Assembly (NCBI GenBank): GCA_013239625.1
Contig: MU053472.1
Location: 1,178,001-1,242,000 of the forward strand
Length of the DNA: 64,000 bases
DNA from: Lama guanicoe
Taxonomy: Eukaryota
Direction of reading: 5' to 3'
Within the stretch, counting starts at the first letter, position 1, and each line of letters opens with the position of its first letter. The translations under genes were made by a program, and so were the position numbers. Of the stretch, positions 11,099-22,522 are shown piece after piece. The notes under the pieces are model-generated. The model had not been told where the DNA came from, searched no databases, and saw only the letters and a program-made list of their open reading frames with translations.

Positions 11099-13157
11099 CC
11101 CCTAGAAAACCTAGCACAGAGCTCTGTGCCTAGCATGTGCTCATATGTTGTTAGCTGGACGCCTCTGGACTGGTGAGCTTGATCATAACATTATTGTTGT
11201 CTTATACCTGTGCTGTTTCTCTAAGTGGGCAAATAATACTGTTTGTGTCAGAGTCTGTGCCTATGTACATTATCTGTTCCTGACAATAACGTTTTGAAGT
11301 GGTATTCTTTTTATTTTTTAATGATGCAGCCAGACCTTTATTAATAATGTCAACATGCAGCATTAACAGCAAGCCATAATGGCTCAATAATTAAATCCAT
11401 CCTGGGATGGGTATAGGACATTACCATAAATGTGCAGTTGCCAAATACATCGTCAAACGAATATTCCTCACAACATACGCTGTTCAAGGAGGATTTTAAT
11501 ATGGTGACAACCCTTTCACTATTTAAGACACTGTAAGGCTTATAAACGAATCATACTTACCAATGTCTTACCTTGTTTTAATTTGTTTAACTGTGGTTGT
11601 TCTTTGTTATCTTTTTCTTTTATTTTTCCTTTTTCAGTTTTATTAGGTTGAAGTGGTATTCTTATTGAGCATGAGAAATCTGAGGTTCCAAGGAACTTGT
11701 TTTAATGCATAGCTGTTGTAACACAGCAAGAACTAGAATCTGATCGGACCTTACACTCACAAGTCCATGACCTTTCAACTTACCAGAGGGTGTATATTGG
11801 TGGCTTGAATCTGGCTTGCAAATAGGTTTAATTTTTTAAAATTAAAAAAAAATCTGCCAGCATTTCTAAATTGGGTATTTTGTATAAACATCTGGATTTC
11901 TGGCTTTTCTTGAGGGGAACAAAAAAAAAAAAGGCTTGGTAACACTGGGCCCACATTCCTGCATGGCAAGTCAAATGGAAGCTTTAGATGGCTGAACGCC
12001 CTAGAGCTCACCATAGTTCCCTCCTGTTCCCTCTTCTCATCCATAGCTGGAGACAGCTTCTCTTACACTCTGTTCCCAACCAGGCCCCTATGAGCCTCCG
12101 AGTTTACAACTCCTGCACTCTTATTTACTATCTTGTTTCCAGGGGTAGATGTCTGGCAAACCTAAAGACAGCCTCTTTTAATTCTCTGTCTTGGATGGGT
12201 CTCTGATCATAGAGGTAGGTGCATTTGTGACTTCTTGGATTTCAAAACTAAGGAACCTCCTGGTACACCATCAAAGAAAACTGGAATCTCCGTTCCCTAA
12301 GCTACACATTCTGGCTGCAGCCTAGTAAAATTCTTAATTCGTAACCTTTAAAACAAGGAAAACGTGGCAATTCACCTACTTGCTCCGATGCAACGGTATC
12401 TACAATTAAGAAAAGAACCCATAGTAAGCAATGCCACCAAGTGGAAGAGAGATTCCATGTTGAATTGCCATGCTTACAAAGAGAGGCTGGGAGGCTGAAG
12501 ACCCCTCTCAATTTACAGGGCCATTCAGGAACTAAAAATAAAATGTCTGCCCATCTCTGTGTGCTGGTCCTTTTCAAGGCTGTATTTTATTTTTCATTTC
12601 ACTTAAACATTACTTGTTTTCTATATTACTTAACCTTCTATGTGCCAGGAACAACATTTGAGATAAAAAGATGATGTTCAAGGTTGTCTTTTAAAAAGCC
12701 AGAGACATTTTAGAAGCTGTGCTTCATCTCTGATGACTTTTTGGATCCTTCTTCTGTTTGTTGGTTTCCTTAAACAAGCACTATTGCTGCTGATTCGACA
12801 TGTTTCATTCTATACATTTTTAATGTGTATTCCTGTTTTTTGGAGAATGTGAGCAGAGGGCTATTAAATTCTTTTAGCATCAGTGTAGCAAAGGAGTAAG
12901 AAAATCTCTTTGTGAAACACGACTGACTCTCATGGGGGTAGGGTTTCACATTCATTGAGCACTTACCAAGAAACTCTGCCAGGCACTTACAGACTTCATT
13001 TACTACCTAGAAGCCCTTGGGAAAATATTGTAATTTTAAACGCAAATGTGACTGAGGCTGAAGGACCCACAAGTCTAAATCTTCGACTCTTCTCAACCCT
13101 GTCAACTGCCTCCTTGGAGACCTCCTAGAAAGACAACCAGGGACATCCCTGGTTTCT

Positions 13158-13173
13158 CAGCGCCCCCTAGAAA
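13158..13173 (-). promoter_or_regulatory. Candidate CTCF motif
   Basis: Minus strand TTTCTAGGGGGCGCTG matches the core of CCASYAGRKGGCRS, with mismatches at the first three positions. Confidence 0.4.
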
Positions 13174-13565
13174 CCCAGGATCATCTCAAGGCATCATACA
13201 AATAAGAAATCTTCCTCTTCACCTCGTCTCCTAATCTGCAGGAAAACTACTGTGAAACCTCCTTCATCCACTCTCGGTTCCAAACAAGCAAGCTAGCCTT
13301 CTCCCCGACCCCTTCAATGCCTTCCAAACGATCTCCTAACAGGGATGTGAACCAAATTTAAATCAATGTACCTGCTCCCTGCAGGTATCTTGTTCTACCG
13401 CCAACAGGTTCCATCCTCTCAGAGAGGGAATGTCCACTCTCTAAGTCAGGTAGGTACTATTTAAGAAGGAGGATTAAAACAGGGTCACAGAGAGGAAGGC
13501 TAAAGAATGTCTCTTTTATGTTTAGTTGTACAAAGGAAAAACAGCACATAGATGCATCCACAGTA

Positions 13566-13576
13566 TTTAATTTATT
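13566..13576 (-). terminator. Distal polyadenylation signal (overlapping AATAAA and ATTAAA)
   Basis: Minus strand reads AATAAATTAAA, followed ~20-50 nt later by the GU/U-rich tatgtgctgtttttcctttgt. Confidence 0.8.
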
Positions 13577-15505
13577 TGGATAATAGTTACAGATAAACAG
13601 GTACACTCCATATACAATTACCAATACTTTTTATACAGTTCATATTTCAGAACATCAACACTATTTTATTTACACTCTATTTATATACATTAACATCTTT
13701 CTAAAGTCAGTGCATTGTCAACAAGTTTTATACAGTAATTTACAAGGTGAATGTAGTTAGTTAATTTAATAAATTTTCTGCTAGTCATGAATTAAAAAAA
13801 TTAATTACAACCAATATAACAAACACAGATCAAACAACATTAGTAGATTGTGCTACCTGCTTAAATAAAACATCTGTAAGGGAATTATTTAAAAGCTTCC
13901 ACTGTTTCATGGGACTTGTCCAGGTAGGAATGGACAGATTTTACATACGGAGAATCACAAAACTATGAAGTCTGCATTCCGTCTGATTTCATACACCATT
14001 TAGGCCGCTCCTTCCTACTTGCAATTATAGTTTTCTTTTAAATAGGGTTTCAACTTAGGTAGCCATTTAAGACAATCTTTCCAAATGCTCTGAGAAGAAC
14101 TGAATAGTAACCGGCCTTAGATATCAGAACACAAATGCTTCATTTCATTGGTACCTACTATCTATGAGGAAGTAAGGGCAATGGAATCTGATAATTAATG
14201 AGAATCAACTTCCAGGATTCAGATGAATAAAAAAAGATCACTGAAAAAAAGTGGAATAATTACTTCAAATACATATTTTAAAACAACACAGAAAAAAATT
14301 ACTGCTTGAAATAAATAACATTTAAACTTTTGTTCCAGTCTTGAATTATCAGAGGAAAAAAAAATGAAGTGAGCAAAGAAACATAACTTTTGATGACCAC
14401 TACTGTGAAATTAAAATAAAATAAAATAAAAGTAAAAAGGACAAACATCAAAATTAAAAAAAAAATGGACATGCAAACAAAACAAAAGTTTACTTCCTAA
14501 AACCACCAATTTCATTAAAAATACTTACCCACTATCAATGCTTGGGATGTATTTTGTTTTTAAATTTAATACGATGGGGGAAAAATACCCCAATCAAGTT
14601 ACTTTATAGCCCTTACAGCCATCAAATATGAACAAGTTTTGAAAAGTTCATTTGCACATATTCTTTTTTTTTTTTAAAGTGCAAAACAAAGAAACAAAGA
14701 ACAGTCACTAGCTGTAAAACACCACTGAGCTTTGCTGCTGCTTTTCCTCTCAGAATTTCTTTGTGCAGCAGTGCCTGTAAAGATGGTACAAATATTGGCA
14801 GCTTCCCCCCACCCCCCACACTCAGCAATGGGGAGATACATTTTTGAGGGCCCCTAAAGTATCCTCAAGGTAAGCTGCCTCTGTCTGGAGGGCTGTGTTG
14901 GCTGGATTTCCCAGGATGCTTTTTTGTTTTTCCTACAGAGTCTCCCAACCAAGGCCCTGGGTAGAAGGCACACAGCTCTTAAGAGATTCTCCCTTTCAGA
15001 CCGACTGCTTAAATATGCCTCTGCTACCAACGACTGGTTGTGTCTCAAACACAAAACAACAGCAACAAAAAGCAATGAAGACACAGAAAGAGTGGGAAGA
15101 TGGTTTAAAAAGTAAATCGAGAAATCTGTGTCCAAGCCGTAAGAATCCTTTGCACACCTTCACGATCTTGCTTTCTCCATCTTATTAGTCTAATACAATG
15201 GGATAAAACTTCAGGAAAAAGGAGGTAGCATATCATGTCGTCCCCAGACAACACTACAATTTTTTGTTTTACTTTGACTCCAAGGAAATTCTTAGTATTT
15301 TGTTATGATTATTGGTAAACTATACTCACTACATGTTTGTTCATATCTGGACAAGCACAATTTAGTTCTTATTTGGTCCCAGTTGGCTGGTGCCAAACCC
15401 TTTGTTTACAGGCTAATGGTGGGCTCTGCCTGAAAGTTCTCTACCAGAGAGCTTGTGTGAGACACTTCCAAACAAAATTATTCCTACTGTTATGTTAACT
15501 GCTAT

Positions 15506-15524
15506 TTTAATTAGGATTTTTATT
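15506..15524 (-). terminator. Candidate proximal polyadenylation signals (AATAAA 15519-15524; ATTAAA 15506-15511)
   Basis: About 130 nt after the stop codon, followed by U/GU-rich aattttgtttggaagtgt. Confidence 0.45.
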
Positions 15525-15652
15525 TTGTGCTTCAGGGTCACAGGATAAAATAACTACATTTAGCTTGCCTTTCAGCAACGCTTTTGCCAAATGTCAGCTA
15601 CTGGGAGTCACCTCCCTCATCAGCAGCCTGTCTAGCGGTCAGAGTGGTAGCT

Positions 15653-15826
15653 TTACTGCAACACACAGTACTTTCTGTAATCAGATTCGAAGTCTTCGTC
15701 CATGCTGCTTGTGTCTGCCATCTTTTTGCCATCGATCTTTGGCAGAAATTGTGCATAGTCGATCCCCTGCTGCTCATAGAAAAGAATGTAGGCAGAGTCG
15801 GTGTCAATTTCATCAGGGTGAAGTTC
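15653..15826 (-). CDS. USP32: USP32 last coding exon (~34), 174 nt of CDS, ELHPDEIDTDSAYILFY...YRKYCVLQ*
   Basis: AYILFY motif; ctctag|GAA acceptor; TAA stop at 15653-15655; CAAX C-terminus. Confidence 0.97.
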   Translation of the reverse strand, partial: ELHPDEIDTDSAYILFYEQQGIDYAQFLPKIDGKKMADTSSMDEDFESDYRKYCVLQ

Positions 15827-16324
15827 CTAGAGGAGCAAGAAAAGCCTTTAACAAAAAAGCCATCACTAGCTTGGCTCTTAATCCTTGCCAGGGAAGGGAG
15901 GACCAGTCCTCTTTAATTACTAAACCTGATTGCTTCCAATCAGCTTAATATTTTGGCTGTCTTGTACCTGCCCCTAAAATAAAACCCAGTATTTTCAATG
16001 TTTGTTTCAGGGAAGATACTCAGACCATAGACAAGTCAAAAGAATGACAAAAAACAAAACCAAATACAAAATCCCATCAAATTCTAACAGCTCGAAAGAC
16101 AAGAACTTATTCTCATTAACCAACACCTTCTTTTCCCTAACTGCTCATGTTTTCCTTCTCTCCCCCGCATATCACTTTTGTTCCTTTATGCTGAAGCCAT
16201 CTATACACTGATTCTAAAAGAAATAACTATTTTCTATTCAGGAGAAAACACATTATCTCTACAAATACCCTCCAGATCTGCTGACAGATTCAGTTTCTTT
16301 CATTCATAGACGGGAGATACTTAC

Positions 16325-16417
16325 CTTACAGCTGCTGTCATTGTAACAGTACCACTTGCTGTTTGGGTTTTTGGCATAAGTGACATAATGGCCCCCGCCC
16401 AGAATTCCTGAATGGCA
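16325..16417 (-). CDS. USP32: USP32 coding exon (~33), 93 nt, His box CHSGILGGGHYVTYAKNPNSKWYCYNDSSCK; catalytic His codon at 16388-16390
   Basis: Canonical USP His box with NDS; ctgcag|TGC acceptor; AAG|gtaagt donor. Confidence 0.97.
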
Positions 16418-16858
16418 CTGCAGGAGAGAAGAAGTGGAGGTATGTCAGTGGCTGACAGTACTCTGGCCAGGGCACAGCACCAGGATGCCATCAGGAAAAG
16501 ACTTACTGGAAAAAAAAAGTGTTTCCCTTTTCCCAAAAACAAATCAAAGAGGAAATGTCAAAATTCAAAAACTCTAAATCTTACCATTTTATACTTGTAA
16601 TTATTTTTGGAAAGCAAAAATTCCTTAGGAACACACAATTGTGAGTGGCCTGAACCTGTGACTCCAGTTACAATGATTATATGACTGTTCCCCTCATCAC
16701 ACTGAGCATCTTGGAGTCTATCTAAAAGCTCAAGGTTATCCACTGCTAACTTGGTCTACTGTCAAGTTCAAATAAGCAGGCCCTGAATGAATGAATACGA
16801 AGAAACAAACCACTTAAAAGTGCAGATCATTCTGAAAACCACACAACAAACCACTTAC

Positions 16859-17283
16859 CGAAATTGCATATAGATTATAAATAGGCTTAACATGAACATC
16901 TTCTCTTTGGTCATCAGTGCTGTCTTCCTCACTGTGGTTCTCAAGCTGACCATTGCTGTAGCCATTGCCACATGCCTCATGCTCATAAAGGAATCCATTG
17001 GCCAAAGCTGCTTCGTGGTCCTGCGGGGTGACCAGCTCAGGCTGGCTGCCCCCCAGCACATGCCCTCGGCTCAAGGCATCAGTCAGCTCACAAACTTGCC
17101 CAGCCCCATTCTCTTTGCTGGCATCCAAGTTCTCCTTACTACTCGACAGTTTATTTTTGCTGCCGATCTGGGGTAGCCGGAGCCTCCCTTTGCTTCTCCC
17201 TAAAGTCCGGGGGCTGCTGTTAGGGCTGCTGTTTTTGCTGGAGGGACAGCTGGTTCCACTTTTTCTTGATGAGGAAGGTGAAC
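16859..17283 (-). CDS. USP32: USP32 coding exon (~32), 425 nt, SPSSSRKSGTSCP...KPIYNLYAIS
   Basis: tcacag|GTT acceptor; TCG|gtaagt donor; YxLYA motif preceding the His box. Confidence 0.96.
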
Positions 17284-17727
17284 CTGTGAAAGGGGAAGAA
17301 GGAAAGATTCATAAATCCAAATGCCACAAGTTTAACCAGCCACCAAATGCTAACTGAAGCCAATTTCACAAGTGTACACCTAAAGGTAAAGACAGGGGTG
17401 TCCTGACTGGCTACTCTTTATTCCCATTATGTGGCCAATAAGTTGCACTCTTGTCTTCCTCAGTGCCAAACCCCCCCAGAGGCAGCAATGTCCTGAAAAC
17501 GTAAAATGCCACTAAGTACGGACCTAGAAAGTAGTAGAAAGATAACTTAAGACAGATTCAGTTCAAAACAATATTAAACTAAGGAGTTTTACAAATACAC
17601 ATTCTTCTTCTTTGTTAAATTAGATTAAAAAATATAATCACCAATTACCAAGGACTCACTGTTGCTAGCACGACACTGAGAGCTCTCTCCCCCTGTTATC
17701 TCAACATCTCACAACAATCCTGTAAAG

Positions 17728-18053
17728 CAGCAGGTCTCAAACCTTTTGGTCACAGCTCCCCACCCCATTATATAGCCTTAAAAATTGTCCAGGGCCCCTA
17801 GGGCTTTTGTTCATGTGGGTTATATCTATCAGCATTTACCACATTAGAAATTAAAACTGAGGGATTTAAAAAAATACAATCCGCAAGCACACAGTTCACT
17901 GACAATATCACGTGCAATGCTGGCTGACTCCACTGTACGGTTGTGCAAGTGACAAGGCAGATACTGTCTCAGAATTTTTATGAAAATAGTTCCGGTCCTC
18001 CAGGCTCTCAGGGACCCTCCAGGGGTTCCCAGGTGATACTCTGAGAACCTCTG
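17728..18053 (-). mobile_element. Internally deleted hAT-Charlie1-family DNA transposon
   Basis: Degenerate TIRs cagcaggtctcaaa / tctgagaacctctg; near-identical 8-bp flanks ctgtaaag/ctgtaagt, typical of hAT TSDs. Confidence 0.7.
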
Positions 18054-18382
18054 CTGTAAGTATGAAAAGAATCCTTCATGATCACCAAATGTTAGGCATT
18101 ACGGAAAGTGCTTTACTCTTGATATATGAAATCCTCACACTCTGTGAACTTAGTGCTATTTTTCATTTTACAAATGAGAAAATGGATTTAGCGAGGGTGT
18201 ATCTCTTGCTACAAGTCACAGAGCTCAAATTTAGATCAGTCTGATTCCAGACAGGTTCCTTGTACCTCACTAAGCTGCCGCTCCAGAGTAGAAGACAGGG
18301 AAACAGACAGCCTAGAGGGGTCCCAGGAGGGCCCGTCTCAGGGTGACGCCTGGCTCCATGCAGCCCCCGGCCTCCTCCTCAC

Positions 18383-18671
18383 CTTTAGGGCTACTGACGG
18401 TGTTTGCACTGAGTGAGGACGGGCTCTTGCTCAGGAGCACATTGTCTTCCCCAGCTGAGTTCTGAGCATCCACTTTCTTCACCTCTCCTGTTGGAACCCT
18501 GGGATCAGAGAGGTCATCCCCCTGGGGTGTGAGTGGTTTGCGCTGACAGAGGGCTGGGTCTCTCGGCACCAGAAAAGCACTAGGGTCAAAACTTTCACGA
18601 GGAAATTTAACAATTTTCTGTGATTTTATCCACCGACCATTTACAAACTGAAATCGTTTGAGGTGAATAAT
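18383..18671 (-). CDS. USP32: USP32 coding exon (~31), 289 nt, IIHLKRFQFVNGRWIKSQKIVKFP...SSPK
   Basis: USP LKRF motif; ctccag|ATT acceptor; AAG|gtgagg donor. Confidence 0.96.
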
Positions 18672-19464
18672 CTGGAGAAGAAAATATAAAAAACACTTGC
18701 ATCAAAGAGTTCTGAAGATAGAAAATACACATTAAAAACAACAACAACAACAACAAAGCTGGGTCTAATACATGTAAATGTTCCCAAAATATATAACATA
18801 ACTTTTTTTTACCCCCAAGAATATATTTTATTATGTAACAAAGTTATCAGTTGGGCCAGTGCCCTTCAGCTATGTGGCTAACATATAACCCCCCTCATTT
18901 CATAATCTGTGTATATCCAAACTCTCTCCCAAATTTCTTCAACATCCTAAGAGCCTATAATTGCATGTTCTCTGGGCTTGTGGTGTACACGGACCTTTAT
19001 TTCTCTCCAACATCATAAAAAACCCAGTCACAAATACACTCATGAGGACAGAAGACTGTATCGAATGTTCTGAAGGAAAACAGAGGTGTTTTTTTTACAG
19101 ATGAAGCTTATGTCATCCCCAATAGGACTCTCCTTTCTTACTACATCCTTTGGCTGCTCCAGGGAGCTTCACTGTTCTGAAGAGCTTAAGAAGTTCCCTT
19201 CATCTTTTTGGCTTCTCCTCTCCTTTTCAAGAGCAATGAATTCCTCTAGCCTTCCCCAGTGTTACTACGCTCTCTGTTGTGGTCACAGATGTTTGGGTTG
19301 CTACCTCTACCCTAAATGCTTAACAATTTTGTTACGTACTCTGCGTAAAGAGGGTTTCTTCCTAAGGGGCATGCTGGTGACTGGGTTGAACAGAAGCCCA
19401 CCAAGTTCTCAGCCTAATATTTTATTCCTCAGAAACATGGTTTTTTAAATGCCCATACTTCACG

Positions 19465-19580
19465 ATATGTGATGGCTATGTGAGTATATACAGTTGTCAA
19501 AACTCATCAAACTACACATTTAAGATCTACTAATTTAATTTCATGTTAACTATACTTCAATTAAAACAAAAAAACAAAAC
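19465..19580 (+). mobile_element. Old L1 3'-tail fragment
   Basis: gtcaaaactcatcaaactacacatttaagatc...tatacttcaattaaaac followed by an A-rich tail. Confidence 0.6.
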
Positions 19581-20439
19581 CACAGACACGTTCCCCTTTC
19601 CCACTCACCTGTTCCCAGGCCTGCCCCTGTGCTCTGCTTCCCTTCCCTCAGTTCTCATCCCTGGAGCTAGCTAGTTAGTAATTTCTTGTGCATCCTTCCC
19701 TGAGAAGCGGCTCTGGTCTAAGCTGTTCATGGTCTCACAGAATAGCAGGAAGAAGCCATGAACAAAAAGATACACACAAGGACTAGTTAAAACACACCAG
19801 TGCCTCACAGTGACTTTGTTTTTTTCAGTGACGTTTGATATGATACTTCCACCCTTAAGGAAAAAAAACTCTCTTAAATGAATAGGAAGATTTGGCACTG
19901 CAAACTCTATTGACAAGCAAGAGGAGAGTCTCCTAACCCAGGAACGGAGAAGGCAGAAGTAATCCCGTGGAAAAGAATACATAAGCCGCAGTGCGCTTGT
20001 GCGCACACCCACACACCCCAGCAGTGTGCCGTGGCCACGTCACCAAGCCTGGTGGGACTGGAGGCTCGGGCCCAAGTGCTCCTCTGTAGCTCATAAAGCG
20101 GACGCATAAAGCTTCCCCTCTCCCTGGAGCCAGAAGTGCCTCCACCTTCTCCTGAAGCTCAAATTCACCAGGTTGTCCCAGCTGTGGCACTTCTCACATA
20201 CTGGCCGTAACTGGAGCCACTGGTCTACACGGCTTCTCTCCCCTTCTAGGCTGTGCGCTGTCTAGGAGCAGGAGCCAGCAGATACCTGTAGCATAGTTCA
20301 CCTCTGTGTGACCCCACACAGCAAAAGCGCTTTGAACACTGCTGCAGGGAGGGACTTACTCTCTAAACCCATCATTTGTTCGTGGCTTCTTTCCTCCGAG
20401 CCAGACTCCTGCTCCCTCAGGGGCGGGGCTGTGACCTAC

Positions 20440-20631
20440 CAGGATGGGCGGGAGCCTCCAGAGATCCAGCTTCTTGGTTGCCAAGCAGTGCGTCTTACAC
20501 TTGGAGCAGTAGTACATCTCATTCTCCCCGAGCTCCTCCTCACCGGTGAAAGCGCGGAGGCAGCTGTCCAGGTTGATGGGCTCGGCTTGCGCTCGCCGAC
20601 TCTGTTCCACACTCTCGTGCTCATCTACAAC
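20440..20631 (-). CDS. USP32: USP32 coding exon (~30), 192 nt, VVDEHESVEQ...YYCSKCKTHCLATKKLDLWRLPPIL
   Basis: Second CxxC and LP box of USP domain; ctgtag|GTT acceptor; CTG|gtaggt donor. Confidence 0.97.
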
Positions 20632-21811
20632 CTACAGGTGGAGGGAACAGGGGAGATGGGAGAAGGGGCGGAAGGGAGGGAGTTTCAAACGGTCACCTGG
20701 CCATGCGTTGTCCTCTAGGGGACTCAACTCCATTTTACTTTGCACGAGGGAAAAAATGCAACCCAAACTTGAGTCTGAGCAAACAGAGCATCTGCGCATT
20801 TATTCACAAACATCACATCAATAACAATGTTCTTGGGCGAATTTCTGCTTACGTGACCCTAGCTATTGGGGAAAAATTTCTGCATCCTTCGAAATGACAG
20901 ACAAAAACAATCAAGGAATTGCCTGTTTATTTCACAGTTTCAAAATTCGCAAACAGCTTATATGTGAGCTGGCCCTCTCAACGGTTAGAGATTAGGCCAT
21001 TTACTTTTTAACAGTATTATTAGTATGCTGCAGGCTTTACAGGGACCAGGAGAAATAGTATCACGGAACAGACGCCAGATCCGCATTAAATAAGAAAGGA
21101 TACACACAAAGCTCACCTTGAGAAGACAACATCAGGGTGTTAAAACCCACAGGCTACGACTTATTTGCATATTGATGCCCGAGAGTTATCAGAATACTGT
21201 GTGTATCATTATGACTCCTGTCTCTTGATGCATTTTTATCTGCGATGGCAATAAAAGGAACAGCAGGCACAAAAAAGCCGGATTTTGCTGCGAAGACCTT
21301 TAACACCTGCCCAAACCTCTGTGGTCCCGTTAACCAGCATGCTAGGCTTTGGGGCAAGAAGGAGGTAAGTTTAGGAAAGGAGAGAGCAAAGGCAGGGGTA
21401 GGTGTGTAAGGATGTATGTTGGAGGTGGCGTGGGAATCAGGAGGAGGGAGACAAGGAGGAACCCAGAATGTGACAGAAAGGAAGAACTTGGGGCTCTCCA
21501 ATTCTTGGCTGCTGCTTAATAAGCAATCAAGAACCAGAGCAGGGCAGGCACAGTAAGACTATGAATGACCGTGAGACTTCACACAGGGATCACATCCCAG
21601 GGTGGGGCCCGGACAACAAGTATAACAATGAATGCCTCTCCTTTTGGCAAAGGTCACACACATGTCCTTGTCATCCCTTCCGGGGGTGAATAGCTTTCTT
21701 TGCCTGAGGCAACTTCCCTCATGTTTTCCTTCCTGAAGTCATGGTTTAGAACAGGTTTTCAGAGGCGGCTCTTTTCCTACATGAGAAGGTGGCTGAGCAA
21801 TAGGCTGTCAC

Positions 21812-22006
21812 TTTTTTTTTTTTTGGTATATATGTATTTTTATTGAAGTATAGTCAGTTTACAACGCTGTCAATTTCTGGTGTGTAGCATAATGTTTCAG
21901 TCATTCACGAGCATACATATATTCGTTTTCATATTCTTTCTAAACCTGTTACTACAAGATATCGAATACAGTTCCCTGTGCTATACAGCATGAATTTGTT
22001 GTTTAT
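21812..22006 (-). mobile_element. L1 3'-tail fragment 1 (sense to USP32)
   Basis: T-run then tttattgaagtatagtcagtttaca...gttccctgtgctatacag. Confidence 0.8.
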
Positions 22007-22159
22007 GGTCAAACGCTTTTATAAACTTTTATCAAGGCTGGGGTTGATGAGGCAATGAAGGGTTTTGGCACTGTATCATCAACCATTTTAAAAGGGGAAC
22101 TTAGAGGAAACCTATTTTTCGGAAAGGGAAATCCGGTTTGATCTTGAGTCACTAACTTC

Positions 22160-22363
22160 TTTTTATTTTTGTTTTGTTTTTGTTTTTTGCGTTTTTAAAA
22201 ATTGAAGTATACTCAGTTTATAATGTGTCAATTTCTGATGTACAGCATAATGTTTTAGTCATACATACACATACATATATTCATTTTCATGTTCTTTTTC
22301 TTTATAGGTTACTACAAGATTGAATATAGTTCCCGGTGCTATACAGTAAAAACTAGCTGTCTA
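22160..22363 (-). mobile_element. L1 3'-tail fragment 2
   Basis: Same motif as fragment 1; flanked by cactaacttctttt / tactaacttttctttt. Confidence 0.8.
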
Positions 22364-22380
22364 TACTAACTTTTCTTTTC

Positions 22381-22522
22381 TTTTTAAAAATTTAATTAAT
22401 TATTCAAAAAATTGAAGTATAGTCAGTTACAATGTACCAGTTTCTAGTGTACAGCACACCGTCCCAGTCATGCACATACATACATATATTCGTTTTCATA
22501 TTCTTTTTCATTAAAGGTTTTA
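22381..22522 (-). mobile_element. L1 3'-tail fragment 3
   Basis: attgaagtatagtcagttacaatg...ttcattaaaggtt; followed by cactaatttcttttc. Confidence 0.75.

Larger units (their letters stand above)
13550..15652 (-). other. USP32: USP32 3'UTR (~2.1 kb; 3' end approximate)
   Basis: AU-rich stretch with no recognisable transposon between the stop codon and the AATAAA at 13571-13576. Confidence 0.8.

Noticed and set aside
15565..17357. Plus-strand ORFs overlapping USP32 exons 32-34
   Set aside because: These are antisense shadows of coding exons with no independent support.
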